Sequence record: MK250021.1
Strand: one strand, 5' to 3'
DNA length: 64,000 bases
This document shows, in pieces, positions 46,021-54,551 of the stretch (position 1 is the stretch's first letter; each line of letters starts with the position of its first letter). The notes under the pieces are model-generated. The model made no database searches, was not told the DNA's origin, and saw nothing but the letters and a program-made list of their open reading frames with translations. Both the position numbers and the translations under genes were made by a program.

Positions 46021-47907
46021 ATGCCAACTAAATTTATAGCAAGAAAGTTTAATCCAGGGAAAGCAGATCATAATAAAATAAATACACTTATTAATCTGTC
46101 TTCACTTAGTTTAAATTCAGCATAGAGTATTCTTAAAACTTCATTGGCTTTAGGTTCTACTCAAACAAGTAATTATTCTGGTGATTCATTAACACCGTTT
46201 AATGATATTTTAAATCAAGATTAGAATAAGTTTACATAGTATGCAGATATTACTAAAAATACAAGTTAGTCTTATGCATACTATGATTTGTCATATCAAT
46301 AGAGAAGAGAATAGTTAAGGTAGTTTGCTTCACAACAAACTATTTCATTTGTTTTAGATACTATTGCAGATGAATCTATTATATTGGATGAAAATAATTA
46401 TTTTGCATAGTTAGATTTAAATCTTCTTAAATTAAAACTTAATACTAATTATAAAGGTGCAAATGGAGAAACTGCAGATGATTTAATAAAGAATTGTCAG
46501 AAAGCATTTAAGATTATATATTCAACATATGGATGGGATAAATCTAATGATGCATGGAATTATTTTAAGAAATTTCTTATAGAAGGTTATCTTGCATTTG
46601 AGATTGTTGTTGATAATCTTATGAAACCTACAAGAATCATAGGTATGAGGGAATTGGATCCTGCTACATTGGAACCAGATATTGAAATTGATCCAATGAC
46701 AAATAAAGAAGTAAAGGTTTGGTATCAATATAAAGGTGACGCATAGTTAGAAAGGAAAATTCCAGATTCTAATATTGTATATATATCATGGTCAACAGGT
46801 ATGTATGGAGAGTAGTCACGTGTATCATATCTAGAAGGTTTAATAAGATCATATACAATGTTAACATAGTTGGAGACTTCTCGTATGGTATGGAATATCA
46901 TGAATGCATAGAAAAGAGTTAAAGTTGGTATTCCTGTTGGTAATATTTCTTAGGATAAAGCTCGTGCACGCGTAAATGAAGTTAAAGCAGATTGGAATGA
47001 AGAAACAACAGTTGATGAAATATCAGGTGAGATGGTAGTAAATGGACAACCACGATTCTCTTTTTCAAAGACACATTTCTTCCCTGTACGTGATGGTAAT
47101 TCAATGACTATAGAAGAAATCCCTACAGAAGGATATGATTTAAGTGATATTACTCCATTGAAATATTTCTGGAGGCGTTTCATATTAGAAACTAAAATAC
47201 CCGCTAATAGATTTATGATTGACCCTGCAGCTGAAGGTGCACATCCATTAGGTGGTGATGATGCAAGTATAACACGAGAGGAATATGCGTTTGGACGTTT
47301 TATTAGTCGTGTTAGAAATATATATCGTGAAATTTTGTTAAAACCATTATGGGTACAAATATGTTTAATGATGCCAGAGTTAGCAAGTTCTGAATTATTG
47401 AAACAATGTATAGGTATTGTTTTTAATGAAGAAAATATGTTTGTTAAAGCAAAAGAAAGAACTGCGTTAAAACAAGGCGCGGAAATTATAGGTACATTAG
47501 CATAGATTCAATTAGGTGAGAATAAACCATTCTTTAGTATGAAATTCTTAATTGAGAAATTCTTAGGTATGTCTGATGAAGATTTTGCACTTAATGAGAA
47601 ATATAAACAAGGTGAAATTATAGAGCGCTTAGAACAAGCTAAAACTATTAAACAACATCAAGAAATGGGTAAACAAGTTGGTGAACAACAAGGTAATGGA
47701 ACTCCTGGTGAAATGGATTTCGGCGGAGGTTCTGATGCAGGTGGCGGAAGTTCATTTGACGATTCATTTGGAGGCGGTTCTGATGCAGGCGGTGATTTTT
47801 CTGGAGGTGATGAAGTATTCTCTGGTGGCGACACTGGTATGGGATCCGGTGGTTCTGAAATTGCAGATACTGGTGGAGGTGATGAAGGCGGAGGTGACTT
47901 CGCTTAA
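46021..47907 (+). CDS. Portal protein (T4 gp20-like), 628 aa; code 15
   Basis: IADESI, FLIEGYLAFEI, ELDPATL, SYLEGL, KYFWRR, ITREEYAFGRFI; Gly/Asp-rich tail; many TAG. Confidence 0.88.
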
Positions 47908-47916
47908 TCAAAATAT

Positions 47917-47950
47917 TAAAGGATTAGATAATTCAATATCTAATCCTTTA
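47917..47950 (+). terminator. Terminator-like hairpin
   Basis: 14-bp taaaggattagata/tatctaatccttta. Confidence 0.7.
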
Positions 47951-47991
47951 TTCATTTAAAAATAAATATATTAAAATATATTATTATAATA

Positions 47992-48621
47992 ATGAGTGAT
48001 AAATAGAAATATTTTTATGGATGTTTACCATCTAAATTGGATGGTACAGAACATATAGTAAATGTTGATTCAAAAATAGTATTGCCAGATGAATTTTCAT
48101 TGCGTGATGTAATGCCACCAGTCAGAGACCAAGGAAACACATAGACATGCGTATGTTAGTCTTTAACTGCAATGTTGGATTTCCTTCATAACAGTAAAGT
48201 AGGAACTGATGGTAAATGTAATAATTATTCTATAAATGATTTGTATAGATAGAGATCTAATTATCCATAGGAAGGTATGTCTATTAAAGAAGCTATGAAA
48301 ATTCTTAAGGATAAAGGTCTAAATGGAGAAAAGATTAATTCATACGCATTAGTTCCATCAGTAGAAGTTATGAAAAGAACTTTAGTTATGTTTGGACCTT
48401 GTTGCGCTGGATTACCTGTGTATTCTGATAATGATCCATATTTTTGGAAGAAAGGACGTGAATACGCAGGGGGTCATGCGATCTGTATTTGTGGATATAA
48501 TAAAAGAGGATTTATTATTAGAAATTCGTGGGGAAGTTCATGGGCAGATCATGGATATATAACTATTCCTTATGATGAATATGAAGATTCTGTATTTGAA
48601 GCATGGACTGCAATTTTATAA
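47992..48621 (+). CDS. Papain-like C1 cysteine peptidase, 209 aa; code 15
   Basis: LPDEFSLR, VRDQGNTQTC, GGHAICICGY, IRNSWGSSW. Confidence 0.9.
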
Positions 48622-48689
48622 TAATATATTAAAGATGATTAGTAATGTTAAATGTTACTAATCATTTTTTTATTATAATATAATTTATG

Positions 48690-48697
48690 TATCTTTG
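48690..48697 (+). promoter_or_regulatory. Bacteroidota sigmaA -7 element
   Basis: TATCTTTG before 48734. Confidence 0.7.
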
Positions 48698-48733
48698 TAT
48701 AAACAATTTTATATTTAATTTATAATATTTAAT

Positions 48734-49189
48734 ATGATGAACTTTAATCATCCTTATAATGAAGATAAGTGTATAGAAAGACTTATGAAAGAATATCATA
48801 AGCATAATAATTTAATAGTAGCATTTGATTTTGATAATACAGTATTTGATTACCATAATGATGGTGGTGATTATTCAGATATTATAGATATTTTGGATTT
48901 ATGTCATCAGTTAAAATTTACATTGGTATTATATACATGTGAAACAAGTACAAAAAAATTAGCATGGAAAATAAATTGGTGTAAAGAACATATGGGATTT
49001 AAACCAGATTATGTAAATAGTTCTCCTGTATTGAATAATATTACATCTAATGGTAAAATATATTATAATATACTCTTAGATGATCGTGCAGGACTAAATG
49101 AAGCATATTCTATACTTGTACATGTTATTTCAAATATAGAAGAAGAAAAAGGTATTTATTTAGAACCACAATGGGATAAAGAAAGATAA
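48734..49189 (+). CDS. HAD-superfamily hydrolase
   Basis: FDFDNTV motif I, LLDDRAG motif IV. Confidence 0.75.
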   Translation: MMNFNHPYNEDKCIERLMKEYHKHNNLIVAFDFDNTVFDYHNDGGDYSDIIDILDLCHQLKFTLVLYTCETSTKKLAWKINWCKEHMGFKPDYVNSSPVLNNITSNGKIYYNILLDDRAGLNEAYSILVHVISNIEEEKGIYLEPQWDKER

Positions 49190-49224
49190 TAAAATAATAA
49201 TATTAATTTTAAATAATTTAGAAA

Positions 49225-50094
49225 ATGAAGACTATAGATCTTATTAATGGTAATAAGTCAGAAGTAAAGTATGAACTTACTACATTCCCTGATGGTGAAC
49301 CACATATTAAGTTCCTTGATGATATTAATCGTAAGGATTCTTATAACGTTAAGTGTCGTATTACAAATCCATCAGAGTTGTTTGTTGTAATGCAAGTTGG
49401 ACATATTCTTAAGCGACAGGCTGTAGAGTTTAATCTTTATATTCTGTATCTTATGAGTATGCGTATGGATCGTGTTATTAATTTCAATGAAGCTTTTACA
49501 TTGGAGATTGTTGCTAACATGATTAATAGTTTTGAAGCTGAACATGTGTATATTTTCGAGGCACATTCTGAACGTACATTTAAGTTGATTAAGAATTCTG
49601 AACCATATTATGTGTTGAGTATGTGTGAAGATTATAATAAGATGCGTGAAGATTGTTATGAAGTAGAAAATGCAGTTATTTGTTTCCCTGATCATGGTGC
49701 ATATGAGCGTTATTCAAAGGATTTCTATCCAACATCTGCATACATTTGTATGAATAAAGTTAGAGACCTTGATAATAAGGGCGTTATTAAGTCCATGGAG
49801 ATTTCAAAGATGCAACTTCCATTTATGCATGAGGAAGATGTTGAACAGATTACTATTGTAGATGATTTGTGTGATGGTGGTGGAACATTCTGTTGGGCTG
49901 CTAGTATTCTTAAAGAAAGATTTCCTAAAGCAAAGTTGAATATTTTTGTTAAACATATGGTAAATCCTATAGGATTAAAGAAACTTATAGGTTCATTTGA
50001 TAATGTTTATATTACAGATTCATATAGAGATTGGACATCTGAAATTGAAGTAAATGTTAATTCAACAGATAAAGTTCATATTATCCATTTGTAA
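49225..50094 (+). CDS. prs: Ribose-phosphate pyrophosphokinase
   Basis: TFPDGE, YLMSMRMDR, FPDHGAYERY, IVDDLCDGGGTF. Confidence 0.88.
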   Translation: MKTIDLINGNKSEVKYELTTFPDGEPHIKFLDDINRKDSYNVKCRITNPSELFVVMQVGHILKRQAVEFNLYILYLMSMRMDRVINFNEAFTLEIVANMINSFEAEHVYIFEAHSERTFKLIKNSEPYYVLSMCEDYNKMREDCYEVENAVICFPDHGAYERYSKDFYPTSAYICMNKVRDLDNKGVIKSMEISKMQLPFMHEEDVEQITIVDDLCDGGGTFCWAASILKERFPKAKLNIFVKHMVNPIGLKKLIGSFDNVYITDSYRDWTSEIEVNVNSTDKVHIIHL

Positions 50095-50101
50095 AAAATA
50101 T

Positions 50102-50140
50102 AAAGTCTAGATGATTTTCTTGATTATCTAGACTTTTTCT
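50102..50140 (+). terminator. Intrinsic terminator
   Basis: aaagtctagat/atctagacttt plus T run. Confidence 0.7.
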
Positions 50141-50186
50141 TTTTAACCTAATATATAATATATAATTAATTTTTAATAATAAGAAT

Positions 50187-50789
50187 ATGAAAGAAAACGA
50201 ATTTATTGATGAAGTCGACGAGACAGAAGTAAATCCAGATATTGAAAATAATAACACAGAAGATACAAGTTCAGATATTAATGAAGATGATATTGTTACA
50301 GATGAAGATGATAATGAGTATGTAACAAAAGAATATGCTGATAATCTTATTAATGAACTTAATAAAGCAAAGCAAGAAGCAAAATCATGGAAAGACCGTT
50401 ATACATATCTTTATTCTGATTGGGATACATATAAGCGTAGAGTATTAAGAGAAAAAGATAATATTTCTAAATATGGAAGTGAGAAAGTGATTAAGGATAT
50501 TCTTCCTATTATTGATGATTTTGATAGAGCATTTATGCATATGTCTGATGAGCAGAAGGAAGGAATTTCTATTATTTACAAGAATTTTATTTCTGTATTG
50601 GAGAATCATGATGTTACTATCATTCCTGCAAATCATGGTGATGATTTTAATGATAATCTTCATGAAGCTGTTTCAGTTGTACCTTCAATGGATGATAGTG
50701 AGAAAGGTAAGATTGCTGATTGTATCACAAAGGGATATATGTTGCATGATAAAGTTATTAGATATGCAAAGGTAATTGTATTCAATTAA
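50187..50789 (+). CDS. grpE: GrpE nucleotide exchange factor
   Basis: DWDTYKRR, LPIIDDFDRA, FNDNLHEAV, KGYMLHDKVIRYAKV. Confidence 0.92.
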   Translation: MKENEFIDEVDETEVNPDIENNNTEDTSSDINEDDIVTDEDDNEYVTKEYADNLINELNKAKQEAKSWKDRYTYLYSDWDTYKRRVLREKDNISKYGSEKVIKDILPIIDDFDRAFMHMSDEQKEGISIIYKNFISVLENHDVTIIPANHGDDFNDNLHEAVSVVPSMDDSEKGKIADCITKGYMLHDKVIRYAKVIVFN

Positions 50790-51033
50790 TATATCTAATA
50801 TCATCGTCATCATATAATTGTTTAAGCATATCATCAATATTCAATTTTTGAAATTGTTTCTACTATATACTCATATCAAAATTAAATCTATTTTCTGATT
50901 TATTATATTTTGCAATAGTTTTATCAAAATCAAATTGATTATCAGTATCAAATATAGAACGGAGTGTATAGTTTTTACCATTATGACGTAATGTTTTTAC
51001 AAATTCTCTATTAGTTGGATATTTTCTATTCAT
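50782..51033 (-). CDS. Small hypothetical protein, 83 aa; code 15
   Basis: MNRKYPTNREF... with TAG TAG, ends TGA; TAAATA upstream. Confidence 0.5.
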
Positions 51034-51138
51034 CTTTAAATATATACATTAATTATAATTTATTTATTCAGAATTATTAATGAATATTAAATATAGAAAA
51101 TAACTAAGTAAATATTTTTATATTTAGAAAATATGTTG

Positions 51139-51146
51139 TATCTTTG
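51139..51146 (+). promoter_or_regulatory. Bacteroidota sigmaA -7 element
   Basis: TATCTTTG before 51171. Confidence 0.7.
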
Positions 51147-51170
51147 CAGTGTTAATAATTATTAAAGAAT

Positions 51171-51701
51171 ATGAATACAAATGAAGCAAAAGTAATCAAC
51201 TGGTTTGATATTAAGGACGATGTAAAAGTCATTAATGAGAATACTAAACATAAAAATAATGTTGAGAATAAAGTAAAACATAATCATGCAAATAATATTA
51301 ATATATTTGATGGGTCTATTCAAGTAAATCATGCTATTTGCAAAAAAACTACTGCAAAGATTATTGAGTCATTTGAAAGTGTACTTGTACATAATGTAGC
51401 TGATAAAGTAAAGTATCATTGTGATGGTGGCATCTTTAATGGTAAGACAGTTTGTATTAAATGTCGTGCTAATGCATATAATACAGGTGGAAACTTTACA
51501 TTCACAGAAGATGATTTAACAGCGGATATGATTGCTGTTTATTACTATGATGAGAATAGTAATCTTGGACATTGGTTTATTTGTGATAGAAATCGTTTGA
51601 GCAAGAATAAGATGAAACAATCACAAAATATTTATATTGTTCATCAAGATTATATTAAGAAACATGCATGGTGTGAATATACGGTAACGTTTAATAAATA
51701 A
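51171..51701 (+). CDS. Hypothetical protein
   Basis: Track ORF. Confidence 0.8.
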   Translation: MNTNEAKVINWFDIKDDVKVINENTKHKNNVENKVKHNHANNINIFDGSIQVNHAICKKTTAKIIESFESVLVHNVADKVKYHCDGGIFNGKTVCIKCRANAYNTGGNFTFTEDDLTADMIAVYYYDENSNLGHWFICDRNRLSKNKMKQSQNIYIVHQDYIKKHAWCEYTVTFNK

Positions 51702-51802
51702 TTTTTAATTTTTTGAGAAAAAAGTTTGTAAAATTATAGACTTTTGAAAAAAATTTAGATATATATTATATAGAATAAATTAAAATAATAAATAAGATAA
51801 TT

Positions 51803-51931
51803 ATGAAAACTTTAAATATGACATATTGTATACATCCAGTTTGTGGTATGGTTCACATGTTCCCATGTGGAGGTGGTCGACCTATGTCTTTACTTGAGGA
51901 TTTAAAGTTTTCTTGTATGTTGCAATCATAA
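51803..51931 (+). CDS. Putative leader peptide, 42 aa
   Basis: MKTLNMTYCIHPVCGMVHMFPCGGGRPMSLLEDLKFSCMLQS just before a terminator. Confidence 0.5.
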   Translation: MKTLNMTYCIHPVCGMVHMFPCGGGRPMSLLEDLKFSCMLQS

Positions 51932-51960
51932 CCGGTTAACTCAACATATATACAATTTTT

Positions 51961-52010
51961 AAACCTCAAGTAGAAAATAGCAGAAAATCTACTTGAGGTT
52001 TTATTTTTTA
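51961..52010 (+). terminator. Terminator/attenuator hairpin ahead of tRNA cluster
   Basis: 14-bp aaacctcaagtaga/tctacttgaggttt plus T tract. Confidence 0.8.
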
Positions 52011-52014
52011 ATAT

Positions 52015-52087
52015 GGTCCGTCTGGTGTAATTGGTAACATGACAGATTGTGGTTCTGTTGTTCAGGGTTCGAGCCCCTAACGTGACC
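52015..52087 (+). tRNA. tRNA-His(GTG), irregular acceptor stem
   Basis: acaga-ttGTGgt-tctgt; G-1:C73. Confidence 0.8.
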
Positions 52088-52106
52088 CAAAATATTATTA
52101 ATATTT

Positions 52107-52183
52107 AGCGTAGTGGCCCAGTTGGTCTAAGGCACCTGTTTTGGGAACAGGTTAGATCGCACGTTCGAATCGTGTCTACGCTA
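52107..52183 (+). tRNA. tRNA-Pro(TGG)
   Basis: agcgtag/ctacgct; cctgt-ttTGGga-acagg. Confidence 0.92.
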
Positions 52184-52297
52184 CAGAATAGAGTTCTTAT
52201 GTTATCCTTACATAACTAAAAGAACTAAAACTTAAGATGGTAAGGCATCTATATAATGGAAGTTCACGCCCAAGGGAAGATTTATAAGTTATAATTT

Positions 52298-52372
52298 ACT
52301 CTGTTAACTCAATTGGATTAGAGTATTTCGCTACGAACGAAAAGGTTGTGAGTTCGATTCTTACACAGAGTA
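52298..52372 (+). tRNA. tRNA-Arg(ACG)
   Basis: actctgt/acagagt; tttcg-ctACGaa-cgaaa. Confidence 0.92.
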
Positions 52373-52381
52373 CAAGTAAAT

Positions 52382-52454
52382 ATCTCTATAGCTCAAAAGA
52401 ATAGAGCAGTTCTCTCCTAAAGAACAGATAACAGTTTGATTCTGTTTGGAGATA
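52382..52454 (+). tRNA. tRNA-Arg(CCT)
   Basis: atctcta/tggagat; gttct-ctCCTaa-agaac; T loop TTTGATT. Confidence 0.85.
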
Positions 52455-52541
52455 CAAACAAAATTAACATTATTAATATAGACTTTTATCTATTAATTGA
52501 ATATATTATAATGTAATTTGAATTTTAAATACTATTAAAAT

Positions 52542-52950
52542 GTAGGGGAGTAGAGTTCCCATCATTTAAAGAGTTTCGAGAAGAAGGTATTGTATGTAAA
52601 AGCATTAAGTTTCGTTTAGCTGACGAAATGTGACCACGCGGTGATGGTATTCATGTACATAGGTCCATCCGTATAACTTCAGGGAATCGTAAGCATTAAT
52701 CTTGGCGAGTACAGTTTTTAGTCTGAAATGACGAATTTTCCTACTGGTTGCTCAATATGATATTAAGAGTCGGAGATAATTATTTGTAAGTTCCACAATT
52801 ACGAGAGGAAAATGGAATTAAGTTGAAGGAATAACGTGATTATTCTTGGTGTGATTAGGAGAACGAAAATAACCAGTATGTATGGTGTACGTGTGCATAC
52901 AGAAACAAAGCAAATAATAGCCCTTAGAGAATTTGCCGAGTAAAGGACAT
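52542..52950 (+). ncRNA. Unidentified structured non-coding region
   Basis: GC-richer, several hairpins, closing stem 52542-49/52737-44. Confidence 0.45.
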
Positions 52951-52971
52951 TAATAGTATTTTTATTTATTT

Positions 52972-53049
52972 GCAGTATTGGTGTAGCTGGAGGCGCATTC
53001 CTGACTTCCACTCAGGCGGCTTGCGCGAGTTCGATTCTCGCATACTGCT
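52972..53049 (+). tRNA. tRNA-Gly(TCC)
   Basis: gcagtat/atactgc; cctga-ctTCCac-tcagg; U73. Confidence 0.92.
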
Positions 53050-53123
53050 CATAATAAGGTAGAGTATCAATGAATGATAGAGAATAAGTTCCTGTCTGAG
53101 ATCAACCTATCTGTAGTATTTAG

Positions 53124-53149
53124 ATAATTTTATGTATACATAAAATTAT
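53124..53149. repeat. Perfect 26-bp palindrome
   Basis: ataattttatgta|tacataaaattat. Confidence 0.9.
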
Positions 53150-53258
53150 AACGAAGTTTATATTACCTGTAGTCGTAATATTCAAATCGTTCGTTGACAT
53201 AGTTATTCCGTGATGTAGTAGAGAGTTATAATCAGCATATAACAGACGGAATATTTTT

Positions 53259-53331
53259 GCGGAAGTATATCAATGGTTAGATAGATACGTTGCCAACGTA
53301 TAGGTTGTGAGTTCGAGTCTCATTTTCCGCT
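53259..53331 (+). tRNA. tRNA-Gly(GCC)
   Basis: gcggaag/tttccgc; atacg-ttGCCaa-cgtat; U73. Confidence 0.92.
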
Positions 53332-53474
53332 CTATAAACGTTTCGAGGTTTTAAAGTTGAATGTACCACCTTGCGCTTGTGTTACTATTCACCTTTGAGT
53401 AATAGTAAAAAACTTATGGTATCAAGGATGTTTTCTACGTTGTTACATCCATTTTTTTGAATATGATAGAATAT

Positions 53475-53621
53475 GAGAGTCAATACAGCAAATTAAATTG
53501 ATAGATAATGTTTGAAGATTATACACAAAAAGACTCTTGAATCAAATTATAATGGGAGGCAATACAGCAAATTTTGTATTAAGGATTATTTTGCTAAAAT
53601 AATATTCTATACGCCTCCTGA
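53475..53621 (+). repeat. Two tandem structured AATACAGCAAATT elements
   Basis: 13-nt identical core, different but self-complementary closing stems, each followed by TGA. Confidence 0.75.
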
Positions 53622-53626
53622 TACTT

Positions 53627-53710
53627 GACGAGTTGCTGAGAATTGGTTAATCGCACGATCTGCAAAATCGTTGGTCATATGACATGTCGGTTCGAGTCCG
53701 ACACTCGTCT
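53627..53710 (+). tRNA. tRNA-Cys(GCA) with long variable arm
   Basis: gacgagt/actcgtc; acgat-ctGCAaa-atcgt; 14-nt variable region; U73. Confidence 0.88.
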
Positions 53711-53743
53711 CTTTAGATTAATATTTTAAAATACTATTATAAG

Positions 53744-54004
53744 ATGAAGAAATTATTTTCTTTTATATTTTGTACAATAATGATTACATCATTATTTGGA
53801 TGTGCAACAAAACAAGATACAATTAGTTACCTTGATAATTATGTACATAAAAATATTTCTGAAAATTGTATAAACATTTTCAGTAATCAAAGATATAATG
53901 AATATATTGATACTGTTACTAATATTAAATATTATGTTTATATAGATTATAATAGTAACATCAATATAATAGATAAAAGATTTCCGAGGTATACAGCTCG
54001 TTAA
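53744..54004 (+). CDS. Small putative lipoprotein
   Basis: MKKLFSFIF...LFGC lipobox-like. Confidence 0.65.
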   Translation: MKKLFSFIFCTIMITSLFGCATKQDTISYLDNYVHKNISENCINIFSNQRYNEYIDTVTNIKYYVYIDYNSNINIIDKRFPRYTAR

Positions 54005-54302
54005 AAGAGGTTGACTTGTATATTCTACATTACCTACTGTATAACAATATATGAGTGTACATGTGAAAAGATACACCATGTTCTATTAATATAAAAATGT
54101 ACATATATAGGGTAACAATTATATTAATATCAGATGCATGACATATATGAATATAATAACGAATTCGTGAAATGACTATTGTTTTTAGTTGCTTGGAAAC
54201 GGCGAACTTAGTTTTATCAATAGAGGAAGTATAATATTAAAACAGTTAAATGTAAATCTTTCTGAGACAATGGGGACAACTTGTAGTAAGAGAGTATTTT
54301 TA

Positions 54303-54417
54303 GCTAGTATAGTTTAGTGGCAAAACACCCAAATCCCAGGGATAAGAGATGGTTTGAGTTGTAGTGTACAATACAATATACAGAAGATTTTAGTGAGTTC
54401 GATTCTCACTGCTAGCT
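54303..54417 (+). ncRNA. tRNA-like RNA with expanded anticodon/variable region
   Basis: Acceptor gctagta/tgctagc, D arm and T arm intact; ~65 nt between D and T arms. Confidence 0.7.
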
Positions 54418-54423
54418 CAATAT

Positions 54424-54551
54424 GAAGTGCGTAGTTTAAATGGTAAAACATCCTTTGAGTAGGACTCTGACGAGAGATAGATAACAATGCTAGACTCTAT
54501 TTAATTCCATTGTTTTATTAATGAGTATAGGTTCGAATCCTATGGTACTTC
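54424..54551 (+). ncRNA. tRNA-like RNA with multi-stem insert replacing anticodon arm
   Basis: gaagtgc/gtacttc, D arm and T arm atagg-ttcgaat-cctat intact; ~76-nt insert. Confidence 0.7.

Noticed and set aside
47640-47907. GC-rich repeat as foreign insertion
   Set aside because: It is the Gly/Asp/Ser low-complexity tail of the portal protein
52620-52730. Hammerhead ribozyme (CTGACGA; also at 54467)
   Set aside because: No stem II/GAAA arrangement; the motif is absorbed in simple hairpins
52760-52950. RNase P RNA
   Set aside because: GAGGAAA and ACAGAAAC are present but the P4 GAAAGUCC/GGCUUA pairing is missing
52799-53011. Minus-strand 70-aa track ORF
   Set aside because: Overlaps tRNA-Gly and structured RNA on the other strand
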